A stretch of 64,000 nt of DNA from positions 248,001 through 312,000 of the forward strand of contig JAHLTZ010000022.1 in assembly GCA_025786725.1 (NCBI GenBank). The letters run 5' to 3'. The translations under genes and the position numbers were made by a program. The notes under the pieces are model-generated. The model searched no databases and had not been told where the DNA came from. It worked only from the letters and a program-made list of their open reading frames with translations. Of the stretch, positions 24,222 through 38,417 are shown piece by piece; the stretch's first letter is position 1, and every line of letters starts with the position of its first letter. The stretch is from Syncephalis fuscata S228. Its lineage: Eukaryota > Fungi > Zoopagomycota.

Positions 24222-27200
24222 TTACGAGTCAAGTTCCTTTTTGCGCTCCAACGATTGCTTTTGCACAAGAGCATAGTAAGACCCTTGTTGCGAAGCAAGT
24301 CGTTATGTTTGCCGTGTTCAAGAATACGGCCATTTTTGAATACATAAATGATATCGGCATCTTGAATGGTCGACAAACGATGAGCAATACTAATGGTGGT
24401 ACGACCAACTGCGGCACGGTCCAATGCTTCTTGGACCACCTTCTCGGATTCAGTATCAAGAGCGGATGTTGCTTCATCAAGTAGCAATAAGCGTGGGTTG
24501 CGAATAATAGCACGCGCAATAGCAACACGCTGCTTCTGGCCACCAGACAATTGCGAGCCACGCTCGCCAACACCAGTGTCAAAACCATCAGGCAGCGACA
24601 TAACAAAGTCGTAAATGTTAGCATCACGTGCCGCTTGGTGAACATCCTCAATCGTGGCATCCGGTTTGCCATAAGAAATATTTTCGGCAATCGACATGTC
24701 GAACAATACTGGTTCTTGGCCGACCAGCGCAATTTCAGAACGCAATTCAGATAGTTGCCAGTCGCGTGTCTCAAGACCATCGATGGAGACGACGCCCTTT
24801 TCAGTATCGTAGAAGCGCTCAATTAAACCAACCATAGTTGATTTACCACAGCCAGATGAACCGACAAGGGCAATTGTCTTGCCTTGAGGGACCTTCAAGT
24901 CGATACCGCGCAACACCTTAACCGACTTACGTGCTGGGTAGCGGAAGTGAACAGAGTCGGCAGTAACTTCACCAGTAAAGTTGGTAACTGTCTTGCCATC
25001 GGGATTGGTTGGATCGATTTCAGAGACGCGATCAAGCAATTCAAAGATTTCCAACGCGGCAATCTTTGCCTTAGCAATATCAGGTGCAAAGCCAGAAGCT
25101 TGACTGACGGAAATAGCTGTAAAGATAACGCAGAACATAACCTTGAACGTCTTTTCAACATCATATTCACCACTAAGAACCAAACGGGAGCCATAGTAAA
25201 GAGCAACCGATTGAATGAAGAAAGAAAGACATTGCGAGGCACCAAAAGTAATCGAGGAGACAAGCGAGGAGCGAACAGACATTGTGTGTGGGCCTTCAAT
25301 GGCGCGGTTGTATAGTGCCATAAAGGTATCTTCACGACCAAGAGCGGCGACAGTACGGATGTTTTCAACGGCTTCGCAAGCAACGGACGCTGAGCTTTCG
25401 TAGGCCTTCTTTGTCTTCTTGTTAAGGTTGAACTGCATACGCACATTCAACATATTCGCAATAGCAAGTGATGGCACGCAAGCCAACACAACAAGAGTCA
25501 TCTTCCAGCCATACGAGAATGCAAGTGCCAAACCAACAACCATGGTCGTCGTAATTTGAACGAACGTACCAATAACACGACCGGCAATACCGTTAACCAT
25601 TTCAGCTTCAGTTGAAAGCTTCGCGCAAAGAATACCAGTGCTGTTAAGGCGGTCATCAAAGAAGCCCATTTCCTGTCGAAGCATTGCGGCAAAGGTAAAT
25701 CTACGAATACGATGGATAAGATGTTCACCGCTAATGATAAACAGGCCGATGCGGCAGAAGACGGCAAAGAAAGTGGCAATACCTAGAATAACAAACATAA
25801 GTGCCCAAAAGTCGGCATCCTTACGCATTTGTACAAGGTTTTGATTTGAAAGTGCTTTGAGCACTTCGGAAAAGATGATGGCAAAGGACGGCATAATAGC
25901 ACCATCGACCATTGAACCAACAAGTGCAGGAATAATGTAGCGCATTTCAGGCATATTAAGGCGAATAACACGGAGGAAAGGTGCCGACTGTTTGCTACGT
26001 TCTTCGCGGATACGCTGGCGTACCTCTTCAACATCCTTTTCAGACATAACAGTATCTTTTGTTTTGGCGTAGGTGAGCTGTTTAGTCAATGGCTGGTCGA
26101 CATCAAGTACCACGGCATCTGGATCAGTTGCACCTTCATCTTCTGAATCGTCAGCACCGCCAAGTGAAGGCTCTTGTGCGCGTTCGTTATCCTTTTCAGT
26201 GCGCAAACGCTGTGCCTGGACAAGGTTGGCGTAAAGGCCATTACGAGCAAGTAGTTCGTCGTGTTGGCCCACCTCGTAAATCTTACCACGATTCATTACG
26301 ACAATTTTATCGGCATCGCGAATTGTCGATAGACGATGGGCAATAACAATGGTGGTACGGCCAGCGGCAGCACGATCCAATGCATCTTGCACCAATTTCT
26401 CCGATTCAGTATCGAGAGCAGACGTGGCTTCATCAAGCAAAAGAATACGTGGATTACGTACGAGAGCACGAGCAATAGCAATACGTTGCTTCTGACCACC
26501 CGATAAAAGTGCACCCTTTTCACCAACAAGCGTGTCGTAACCTTTAGGCAAGGACATAATAAAGTCATGTACATTTGCATTGCGACAAGCTTGTTCGATT
26601 TCTTCTTGTGTCGGCTCTTTCTCGTGACCATCCGCATGAGCACAGCCCCATAGGATGTTTTCCTTGATAGTTGTTTGGAAAAGAACTGGCTCTTGGCCGA
26701 CAAGGCCAATATGTTGACGCAAATAGCGTAGATTAATGTCTTCAATTGGCGTGCCATCTAATTTAATTGTACCGCTTTCTGGAGAGTAGAATCGCTCCAA
26801 TAAAGAAACAATGGTGGATTTACCACTACCCGACGAGCCGACCAAAGCCACTGTTTGGCCAGATTGAATATCCAAACTATAGTTACGTAGAATTTGGACA
26901 TCTGGACGTGATGGATAAGAAAAGTTAACATCGCGGATTTCAATGTTGCCATTAATGTTTTCAGGACGTAGGCCACTCTCGGAGCGATAATCAATCTTGG
27001 AGTCACGGTCGATAACAGAGAAGATCTTGTAAGCAGCACCTTGCGCAGTTTGAACGGAACTCATTGGTGTTGCGGCCATACCAATGGTCATTGTACCAAT
27101 AATGAGCGCGAAAAATACGTTCAATACTTGTTGCACATCCATCTCTTTATCTGCAATCTGCTTTGAACCAAACCAGAAGCCCAAGCCGTATGAGAAGAAA

Positions 27201-28456
27201 AGCACGCCCAACATTGTACCAACTGATAGACCGACGGCAAAGCCTTTCTTTTTGCCCTTCTCCAATGCCATATCGAGCTTGGATTCGTAGCGACGCACTT
27301 CACGTTCCTGTGCACCAAATGCAGATACTGTTTTGATACCAGAGAGTACTTCTTCAGCCACGGAACCAGCTTTAGCATAGGCATTCTGACCGCCTGTAAC
27401 AGCAGCGGTAACAATGCGACCCATAATAGCACCAGCAGTGGCAAGTACTGGGAAGACACACAGTAATACGAGAGCCATCTTCCATCCTTTAACAAAAGCA
27501 ATAATAAAACCAGCCAAAAAGGTGCAGACCGATTGAATAATAATGCCAACCTTTTCTGAAACGCCTTCTTGGACCAAATTGACATCACCAGTAATACGTG
27601 AGGTCAAGTCACCAGTGGGCGTAGCGTCAAACCAAGAGATTTCCTGGCGAATGATGCTGGCAAAGTAGCGACGACGTAGCTCGGATGTTTGATTTTCACC
27701 AGAAAGCATCCACATCGATTGCTGTAGATAGGCAACGACAAAAGTAACAACACCAAGGATAACAAAGTAGATAACAAATTTCTTAACATCATGATCGAAG
27801 ACATCACGTTGTTCAGCAGTAGTATTACCACCTTGTATAGCTGATTGGCCACCATAAATAGTAAACGTGGCCATAAGACTTGAGAAAATGATTGTCATGA
27901 TCGGCGTAGAAACACCAAGTGCCACAGAAGCGAGCGATGCCACTAAAATGTAGAATTTATCAAGTGCCGTTGCAAAACGAAACAGTTGGAAAAAGGTAAC
28001 TTTGCCATAAGCATCGGCCTTATTACCATTCTTGCCGTCTTCTTCTTCTTCTTCTTCATTATCAAGATTGGGCTTGCCACGACCACGTAGACGATCAAAA
28101 AAGCCACGTTTGGCTTGTTCTTCTTCACGCTTTTTACGGCGCTCCTCACGAAGACGGCGAGCTTCGCGTACTTCGGCCATCTTAATAGCAGTAGCCTGAT
28201 CTTCTGTAAGCATGGCAGAGCCGGTGGATTTGGCTGTAGCCGTCTTTTTCAAATCCTTGACTGGCAGCTCGTGCTTTACATCTTCTGTTGAGGACCGGGC
28301 ATCTTCAGTGCTATCACTATAGTCGCCATTGTTGCCACCACTAACGTAATGGGTATCGGTAATTTCCTCAACGACTTCTTCGGATACAACAACACGACGT
28401 GGGTCGGTTGAAGTAGGCGTAGGGTCGATATTATTACTATTACTATTATCTGACAT
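24222..28456 (-). CDS. MDR1: Full-length ABCB (MDR/P-glycoprotein) transporter, intronless CDS
   Basis: Two TMD-NBD halves: Walker A GSSGSGKST and GSSGCGKST, signature LSGGQKQR twice, LLLDEATSALD twice. A missing T near 24277 shifts the true C-terminus GLYYALVQKQSLERKKELDS* (stop 24222-24224). Confidence 0.95.
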
Positions 28457-29321
28457 CGTAGCTTGTCGATAGGAAAAGCGACAAAAAGACTGTTAGTCGG
28501 AAAAAACTTTGGGAAGCCAAGCAAATAAGTATGACTTGGATCCTGAGAATAAAGAACTAATGCACTGTGCTCCGTTTAAAAATAAAGACAGGGTTTAAGA
28601 TAGCGGCAGGAATAAAAACAGTACTATGATCAAGTTGTATGAAGATAGTAAATAATAATATATAATAATAATAAAGCAAAATGTGTTGCTAATTAAAAGA
28701 AAAATCAAAACACGGCTTGAACGTGGTTTTTTAGCTGTAGAAAGAGTAGGTAAAATGAAAGAAGCGACAATGCAATAGGCAAATGTCACAATAAAAAATG
28801 GCGTGAGCCGTTTTGTGGTCTACTACTGGTGTAAAGACAAGCAGTAGTACCAAGAATGGTAGTGGTAATAGTGAAAAAACGGGAACAAATAGGAACCAGT
28901 AAAAAGAAAGCTTTAGGAAAATACGTGAGACAGGCAGGCAGACAGGCAGAGAGTGATGGAGATGAATAGGAATAAAACACACACACTAAAAATGCACTGG
29001 TACAATAATGTTGCTGCTTGCTATGTTGCTTGTTTGGTGATTTGTACATTCGGCATTGTTCAAAACTCGAGTCTTTTTAAACAAATTTGTCCTCGGCAAT
29101 TGAAATGTGGTTGCACATAACCGCGTAATCCATGCACGCTGAGTGAAAATAAAGCCAAGACTCGTTGGCGCGGTTTTAGAAAGCAATAGCGTATCATTGT
29201 CATCCTTTACGGCGATAATCGTCGTATTCCGAATACCGACTCCATCGCCGACAATTATTCTTAGCAAGGAAGGAAAATTTGGTGAATTTGTCTTTGTTAC
29301 CACAGTGTGGAGATGACAGAT

Positions 29322-30354
29322 TGAGTCGTGATTTCATTATGGATGTGGCTCATTCCCATACTTGCTATGTGTGGGCGTGGCTGTATAAAACTAGTAATTT
29401 GTCCGTTTCCCCGTTTGGGTCGGAATGGTATCGGAAAAATTAAAACAATAAATCCACCAATCAATAATCTTGCTACGTGACTTGTAGTTTACATTACAGT
29501 TCAGGTGTCTATTTGTACACGTACACACACACACACATCTACACCCACACGACCAAGCTATAGTACCATTGCTGCTACTTGGATAAGCTCGTTCGCCGTA
29601 ATGTTTATGCAATAGCGTACGCACACGCGCACACACGCACACACGTTCGTACATCGGACATCTTACCGGAAATATCACGTTATAGGGCCCAATAATCTAA
29701 TTGCAACCATAACTAAATTACAAGCCGGAAAATAGCACTGATATTTATCCGCTCTAAAATTAAGTGTTGCATATCTACTTGATTGGCTAGTGATAGCAGA
29801 TGTATAGGATTTGGGACTCCCTTTTTTGTTATAATTGCTTTTAGCTTATCGCCTAGCATCTTCGCCAAAAATGTTCATTGTTAGATACATATTGAGTCAT
29901 CACGATTGTCACAACTGCCAAAATACACGCAACATTTACTGAAACTGTTGTGAAATTGAAACCTGAGTCATTTATGCTCATGTGTTGCTTTACAGTAGCT
30001 GTAGCAATCATTGTAGACATAGTGTGAATAACATGTCAATGCCGAGAAAAGTGCATATTGTAACATAATATGATGTAACTTTATTGTAAAGCTATGCCTA
30101 GACACTTATCATGCTGACTCAAAATCGAATGTTCTATTAAATGTCTATAGCAAATAAAATACCGATTTAATATGGCACGGGTAATAAGATAGGAATTAAT
30201 GATTGGTCTTTATTGTTAGCAACTTAAACAATCAATCCAACTGATACAGCGCAAAATGCGAATAAATTGCTGTGGTCCTTGACATAACAAGAGTCATCGT
30301 TGTATCAAATTGTTTTACATTTTATAGTTTTTTTTGCCATTTCATCATGACTCG
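29322..30354. promoter_or_regulatory. Cluster of AP-1/Gcn4-type bZIP sites upstream of the ABC transporter
   Basis: TGAGTCA at 29893 and 29964, TGACTCA at 30115; one-mismatch sites at 29322, 30290 and 30348. Confidence 0.4.
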
Positions 30355-31196
30355 ATGTCATAAATGAATTAATGATCAACTATCCAACATTATTAAGACA
30401 ATTAAATGAGGAAATGGTGATTATATGTTATTTAGTAGTAAAATTAATATGGTTTATTATATAGATATTTATATTTAAAAAGTTATACCAAGAATTAGGT
30501 CAGTACTACCAATAACAGTAAGGAATTGGGAAAAACGGAATAATTTATATTAGCTTATTTGGTAATAGCATAATCATTTGCTTCATTTTATTTAGTGGTT
30601 ACATAGATATCATAACAGTATCAATGACTTAATATGTATGTGTGATAGACATACATGTAACATTTATATTCTTTGTTACATAGCTTGATGAGTTGCTGCA
30701 AATGAATGCATCGCCTTTATAAACCAATGCTGGTGATGTATTTGTTATTACTTAGATTGATTAGCTTTGTTCTAATATGTTTATGCACGTTGGACAACGC
30801 ACAACATTAATGCAACGCAATTAATTCAGTAAACTAACACTTTATACAGATATCTACAGTTATACGTAAAATGTTTTTTCTCACTGAATTTTTAAAATAT
30901 ACTGATTTATACGTGTGTACTTAATTTGATGTTATATCTATTATTATACAAATCAACAATGCAATGGATTACAGTTGTATTACATTCAAGCATATTACGT
31001 TCATGTCGTTCAATATTTATAATTTTAAATAACACAGCTTTATAACCGACGAAGAATTGACTTTACAATAAGCATTGCTTGTAGTGTAATGTTAAACTGC
31101 ATAATGGCAATGAATGCATATCAACCGGTAATTATTTAAAAACTAAATAATTCCCAGCACTTTTAAAATGCAACTCTGCAAAACTAAATCATAAGC

Positions 31197-32590
31197 CAAT
31201 AAACGATTGACAATTTAAATCGACTAGTTTAGTTTTATAGAAATCTATGCTAAAAAACAAGTCATTGCAGACATACTAACCTAGACCGAATTTGACAGAA
31301 ATTAACTGATGCTGATGCAGCTAAAACAACAGTGTTAAATAAAATGAAACGCAATGAAGCAAAAGGCATTGTATACGACATCTGATAAAGCCGTAATATG
31401 CGTGTGTTAATTACTTTTAACATAAACTAGTAATTGTTAAGCATTAAATGATACTTTAGTATTGATATAGTTTATAATGCCAATTATTTTTACTGACAAA
31501 TGCTTACAATTATACACCGGATTTTAAATGTAATTACACAACCGCTAAACAAATTAACTATTGCAATCGTTGTTTTAAGTACTTATTACAATAGGCAACC
31601 GATATTCTATACTGTTACGATAATAGAAAACAAAATAGCCTTTATTCGTTGGCTATTAATAATATTGTAGATATTTACAAGACAAATGGAGATTTACAAT
31701 CTCAATTAAACAGTTTTAACTTTGTAAATAACGAATAGAACTAGAGACGGATAAATAGTACTTTGAATAAGATGTGATAAGTATAGAATATGCTGACGTA
31801 CAATGATAAAATATAGAAGAGAAGGGAGATGAGTGAATGGGTTAAAGTTGAAGAAATAAGCATGATATAAACAGCAATACTGTGAATCATTTAATCACCA
31901 CCAGTATAATACCACCAAACTGTTATGGGCAATAGTATTTTGTAAAAATAGCTGTTGGTAAAGTATAATGGCCTTGTAATAAAAAAGCCTCAATAGCGTA
32001 TAAATGATGTCGCCATTGTTTCATTAATGGCATAAGCAAATATAGAATTGTATTGGTATGGTAGACAGAATAGATAGTATGAATGTGATGATTATATGAT
32101 ATTGTTTATTAGGTATTAGTTATATTATTAATATGCATTGTCCCTGCGTTAAAACCTTTTTACTTGAATTATGACAACGTCAATAAAGCAACAGTACTAT
32201 AATATACTTTCAAATCTATACAATATAGTAACATTTGAACAAAAGCCAAATAGTCAGAGATAAAAACAGCAATTATTTTATTTATCGGTGCTATTGTTGA
32301 ATAACTAACAATAGAATGCATATTCAATATGTAAATACCGTCAAGTGCAAAGAAAAAGAAAGGGAGATGTAATAATGTAGATTGTATGTTGTTGTTAATA
32401 TGAGTGAATTAATACAATGTGAAATAAAAGCATCATTAATGTGAATAAAAAGTACGTCATTTGACACCAAACTACTCATTATCATAAAACATATATTCAG
32501 TATAATAGCAAGTATGTTAAAAGATCAATTAAAAAAATAAAAGTCATTTGACTTCAAAAATTGCTTATTATCATAGAACATGTCCATCAG
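31197..32590 (+). repeat. Dispersed 1.4 kb AT-rich repeat, copy 1
   Basis: Near-identical direct copy at 53072-54460 and partial copy at 43535-44276. Confidence 0.95.
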
Positions 32591-32774
32591 TTTCAATAGT
32601 AGCTGTAATAGTTAATTTATTAAATTTAATAATGATTTGATACCAAAAAATGTAATGATAAAACAAGTTCATCATTTACTAGCGACCATGTTTATAGATC
32701 ACTTAGTATTCAAAATAAAAGTAGTTTTGTTGACAAAAAAAAGCCTTTCAGCTTCCTATATACTGGTGATGGTA

Positions 32775-34720
32775 TCAAACGGCATGCTTGCTAGCTAGCC
32801 ACAAAAATGTGACGCACCAACACACCATGGAGCAACCGCTCAGCAGATACTCCCACATTAAAACACGGCCCATAGGACGTTCGAAATGGCCGTTAGCCTG
32901 GCAGACAGTCATTAAATTAATAGCTGTGGGACAGGCACCAATGAGCAATACAGTAAATAGGAACATTGGGTCATCGCGCAGACCACCGGCAAACGGCAAA
33001 GTAACCCAAACAATAGCTAGAGAAATGGCCGGCAAGAGGAAAAGTCGTGAAAAAATCACAAACGGTACTACATGACGATAGGATGGATAGCTACGACGAA
33101 GTGGAATGCCATTGCTAGGCAGCAGACTCGTTTCAAATGTATCGTTTTCTTCAGCTGGTCGATGCTGTGCCAGTGTTGTCAACTGGGCACCTAAACAAAC
33201 AAGGATTACTGGTACAGCTGCCTCACCACAACTACGAATGGCAGAGAACAGTGTTGCGTGCAATAAACCATCGGATTCGATCAGTAGATCGCGTAGCGGA
33301 GAAAGGGCAACAAGAAGGCCAAGTAATGCGGCAAGGAAAGGTGCTGTAAGTACTGGTTTAAGATAATGATGAATCGGTTTGAGTACACGACGCAAGCGAC
33401 GGCCCATTCGGCGTAGTGCTCGTCCAGGATGAATAGATGGGCGTCGTTGATGCGATCGTCGTCGCGATCTACGTACAAGTAGACCACGTGTTTCCGAATG
33501 AACCTGGGGTGGTGTATACAGGCTATCCGAGTCGCTACCGCGCGAATCACTGTGAAGATTTAGTGGTGGTGGACGGTGCGAACGACGAATTGATCCAGAG
33601 CAAGGCGAAAACCGACCAGGACTTATTGGAGAAGTTGCAACAGCATCACATTCCACATCTGAATTATCAACTGGAGTTGGTGCTTCAGAGTTAAAGGTTG
33701 AATTTGGCAATGACGTACCATAATCACGATACCGTCTCGATCCGCTTCGACCTGATGCTGGAGACTCGCTATCTGTACGGTCAGGGGTGCTTTCGTCAGA
33801 TAGTATTAGAATCAGCTTATCCGTGTCAAGTGCTGCACTATTTGGTGCACTCCGTGTTTTAGAGGCAGGTGCCAAGGCCGCAGGACGACCGGGGTGCAAG
33901 AGACTTTGACGCTCATTAGCATTGTCTCCAGAATTGGCACAGTCATCATGATGTGTTATATGTAGCGAAATGTTACTTTGATTGCTTTCATACGATGGAT
34001 AGCGTGAAAGCTTGCCTGGTTTTGTAAGATATTGTGCAGAATAAATGGTTGATCTATTAGAGTTAAATTGCTGCCAGGAGGTGTATTATGATTAGTTGCC
34101 GTAGTAATGGCAGATTCATTAGTTGGCGGTGCTGTATTTAAAGTTGAACCTGATGCAGGCGATGAAACGACAGTGTCAGTGGGTGCATCCAGGTCAGAGC
34201 TAAGTAAGTGTGCACCATAGCTCCATCGAACAACATTGCCAAGAATCGAATAAAATACGATATAAGCAATGCCTCGGGCAGCAATCAAACTGTTTTTGTC
34301 ATCTTCATGCCAGCGTAACCATGCTATGGCACCACTCATGGTCAGGCTTTCTATAAGGCCTATAGGCAGTGAATTTGTATTTGAAAACATCAAAGTCGAA
34401 ATCACAAAGCGTGTTTGAGCCACTGTTAAGCCAAGTGGACGAACGGCTGCCTTTGCCAATAGCCAAGCTGCCGAAGAAAATAGTATAAAGTAGATGGGTA
34501 ATGGCCATAGCTGAATAAAGTTGTCTCTATTGACACTGGCCGCTGTATTTGCGAATAGCAAGCATGGTGTAAAAAACTTGACTGATAAGACTGATAAGCC
34601 TTTTTGCAAAGGCTGACTCAAATAGCCTTTACGAGCTAGGATGTGTCCAAAAGAGCAGATAACGGCTACTTGGGCGATAGCCTGTAGCGCAGCAAATGCT
34701 AGCGTAGCGAAAACCGACAT
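32775..34720 (-). CDS. Auxin efflux carrier family (PIN-like/PILS, Mem_trans) membrane transporter; 1-nt frameshift at about 34050-34080
   Basis: N-half FFTPCLLF, MFSNTNSLPIGL, RGIAYI, VVRWSYG; C-half CGEAAVPVILVCLGAQL, RLFLLP, DDPMFLF, ACPTAINL. The C-half frame is open upstream through SAQYLTKPGKLSRYPSYES...ERQSLLHPG. Confidence 0.88.
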
Positions 34721-35456
34721 TATAGATGTTTATGAAAGAGTAGTGTAAACTAAAAAGAAAAAAGTTATAATGTTTTTACGTATTATATAAGTACGTATCG
34801 GAAATGAAAGCAGGCAAATTTGGCAAAGTAGTAAGTTTGGGTAGTCTTACAATGTATCAAAAGTTACTAATCTCAGTTGTTCTACGTAGAAGTTTTACCT
34901 ACAAGTAGCTTCCAAACACAGTCCTTGTAAAGGTGTGTAAAGAAAAAACCGGCAGTCCTTTTCCTACACACGTCTAGGGGCAGACCCGTAATTGAGATGA
35001 GCAGACGTGTACGCCAGCAAAGGAACAAATATAAAGAAAAAAGAAGAGCGAATAGAAGTTTGAGAAGAGGAAGGACGGAGGGAGTTATTAAGGATCTAAA
35101 ACAAGTCCAGACTAAGAGAGAGAGAGCGCGCGCGCGAGTAACCAAGTGAATCAAAATGGTGTTTCAATTATGCATTATTCCAAGTAATCATTTGGAGATA
35201 AAATGACGATTATCAGCACACTACACTAATAATCCATAGCCATTGGCTTAGATCAAGTGTAGTGTTTGTACTCTGCGCTGTATACGCAAAACAACACGTG
35301 GGGCACCGTAGAACATTGGAATAATCCATTTTAATGATAGAAAACATACACATGCACAATAGACGCGTAACCATTGAAAATAGAATAGTGTTATGGAATA
35401 ACAGAAATAGAAACATAAGAACGACAAAGGAGATCAGCACTCACGGGCCTATTTTC

Positions 35457-36362
35457 TTAATTATTAACGGGACGTGCAATCCGAAGTTGCCAGCGTGTTG
35501 ATGATGCATAATCAGAATCTTTTTGATGGTGTGCTAATGGTGGTACATGATTATTTTCGTCCATAGAATGATTGACAACACTATTGTTGTTGTTGTTACT
35601 GTTGTTGTTGTTGCCATGATTAGCAGTTGAGGGTAGCCAGCACACAACACTACGTTCACGTACTCGTCGAAAACCAATCACACATTTCTCTGGCACTGCA
35701 ATATCGCCCCAGGCAAGACGTGCAAACCAGCACCAGAAACAGAATACACCGTACCAAATAAGCCATATGGCGGCCGCAATACTTCGGTAATTAGCAAATA
35801 CCGTTTTGCTTACACTGGATCGGGATCCATTAGTCAGTGTAGATGAATCGAGAAAAGTGCCATTTCCAAAGAATACAAACACCGTAATAAGTAAAAGTAC
35901 AACTACAACGCAGAATCCAAGTAATTTAATAAGAACATGAGAATCATTATGCGTTTCTATTATAATTAAAACATGTTTACCAATGGTACACAGTTACAAA
36001 ATAGTTAGTATGTAAACATTACAATAACATTGACAACAATAACATTGACAACAATAACATTGACAACAATAATACTAATAACAATAGCACTAATAATAAC
36101 AACAACACTTACCAAAGTGCACATTAATTACTTGAACATCGCCACCACTTTGAAGTACACGTAGTGTTGGTGCTTTGGGCATTACTATTTGAACAGAGGA
36201 TGAAGACCCCGAGGGTAGAGCGAGCCTGCTCGACGATAACCCATGAATAGAGGCGATGGATGCTAATGATGCTGCTGGATGGGCGGTGGAAAGTGCTTCG
36301 TGGCTTGTAGTTGCGCGAGACCGCGAGGAAATGCCATCACCAGCTGGCAAACGCAGATCCAT
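35457..36362 (-). CDS. Hypothetical membrane protein with two predicted TM segments; 2 exons (intron 35957-36112)
   Basis: Phase-1 intron GTAAGT..TAG joins VHF-G|AA in frame to THNDSHVLIKLLGFCVVVVLLLITVFVFFG...AAAIWLIWYGVFCFWCWFA. The intron contains a 15-nt unit repeated 3 times. Confidence 0.65.
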
Positions 36363-36965
36363 GATCAATCAATCGATAGCAACGATAAGCTGAATATCAA
36401 TTGAACAGAAGATAGGGGCGGCAGTGTATATATTCTTATTATCCAACAGAAGGCAAAGATAATGTGCCAATACCCTATAGCAATAGACAATGGCTACTGC
36501 AACTTTAGCCGTCTAGACTACTAGCACCAAGTACCTTGGACGCAGTACTAGATAGAACTACAGCAATGTGTGTCGGCAATAACACAAGTAAAAAGGAATG
36601 TTTTAACAAAAAGAAACGAGAAAATGATGAAAATAAATGAATCTCTTTAAAGAGACTGTAGACGAGTTGAAATGCTGTATTATGGTGATGGTGGTGGTGG
36701 CCATGACTTACGAAAAGTATTAAAAGGAAAACTCAGCGTGGTAACACACAAACTTATAAATATAACAGTGTGGTAAATAGTCATTAAGAGAGAATATTTG
36801 TAGGTTAGTATTAACAACACACCACCTGACACGTTTATTTTTACTCTCTAAATTCTTGCCACCTTGGCTTTAACCTTGTAACGATTACCAGTGGTAACAG
36901 TAGTAATAGCAATAATTGTTAGTGGTGGTGTTATTTTTACTGGTGCTATCATAACCATTTGTATT

Positions 36966-37785
36966 ATGGCTTCTTCATCGCCATCATTGGAGAATGTAGA
37001 AAGGCCGATTGAATATACACTCTATCGCGATGAACGACAGTTACCGGCTATTATTGCTCTGTTAGAAGCAGATCTATCAGAACCTTATAGCGTGTACACT
37101 TATCGCTATTTTATTCATGGCTGGCCATCACTTTGTTTTCTAGTAAGTTATCGGAATACGGTTACGTACTTTATTAAACTAGTGGTATCTATGTGAATCC
37201 AGGCGTGGCATGCCGATGAACTGCCGCAGGGTGATGTAGATCGTGGACAGCCTGTTGGCGTTATTGTATGCAAGCTTGATGAACATCGCGGTGCATTACG
37301 TGGCTACATTGCTATGTTAGCTGTAGCACCAACATGTCGAAAGCGTGGTATTGGTAAGTAAGAGAGAGAGAGAGAGAGAAGAGAGAAAGAAAATAGGTCT
37401 TTAAAAACAAAGTGTAATAGTATATAAATCTAATCATTAATTATAATTACAACAGGTAGTAGACTTGTTTGTCTAGCTATTGATGCTATGATTGCGCAAA
37501 AAGCCGATGAGGTAAGCATATTATTTGTATAGTTATTTATTAACAGCTGATAAATTATTGTATGCATTACAGGTTGTGTTAGAGACTGAATCGCACAACA
37601 AGGGTGCCCTTCATTTGTATGAACAGTTAGGATTTGTACGTGATAAGCGATTACATCGTTACTATCTAAATGGCGTGGATGCATTTCGATTAAAGTTATG
37701 GACAGGTATTCATATATCTGGCACGTCATTATCATTGGATAAACAGGAAGAATCAACTGAATCAACAAAAACAACAACAAATTAA
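36966..37785 (+). CDS. MAK3: NatC N-terminal acetyltransferase catalytic subunit (Naa30/Mak3), 4 exons
   Basis: [77 protein letters not shown]. Confidence 0.93.
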
Positions 37786-38298
37786 ATCAATTGTATAATT
37801 GTCTATTACAATAAAATCAAGTAATAACTTTATTATTAAATTATAATAATTAATACAATTGTCTTGATTGGTACCATTAGTGTATTTCTTACTTTATTGT
37901 TATATTTTATTATCCTATTGTTATCCTCTCTTTTACATCTTTTTACATCTTTATATCTCTTTATCTTATTACTATTCTTGCTATATTTTTTATTCTTTTC
38001 ATTCTTGTTCTTCTTATTGCCGTACTTTGTTACAGAATGTCATTTTCATTAAGGCGTGCATATGCAAACAAAGGTTAACTAGAGCACGTGAATTCACACA
38101 ATTGAAATAAGACATTGACGAAGAAAGCATGTCGTGTAACTTGTAGGCTGGTCGGCAAACCAATCGACTTATCTCTTTCCCGTCAAGTACTTATCATTTC
38201 TGAGTTGACCGAAACTGACGTTAGTATTTCATCATCGTTCCTTAGACTAGCCTGGGAGCAATTTATTTGCTGTGCATTTTAGTGAGGATTATAAATAT

Positions 38299-38417
38299 TA
38301 GACCAGTAAATACGACTGGTCTATTTGCTATGAATCTGGACTAATAACGAGGCCCGATAGCACTATGTTCTTGATTGGTCAAAGCGAAGGACGTTTCCCA
38401 TGTCCTTGACCAATCAA
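38299..38417. promoter_or_regulatory. Two inverted repeats, one made of opposed CCAAT boxes, upstream of the SWIB gene
   Basis: TAGACCAGT/ACTGGTCTA (38299-38323) and TTGATTGGTCAA/TTGACCAATCAA (38371-38417); TTTATAA at 38451. Confidence 0.5.

Noticed and set aside
24229-28149. Many overlapping alternative-frame and antisense ORFs within the ABC gene
   Set aside because: Shadows of a long, codon-biased CDS with no recognisable motifs.
31197-32590. Calling the 1.4 kb repeat a transposon
   Set aside because: No transposase or RT ORF, terminal inverted repeats, LTR ends or target-site duplication were visible; kept as an unclassified repeat.
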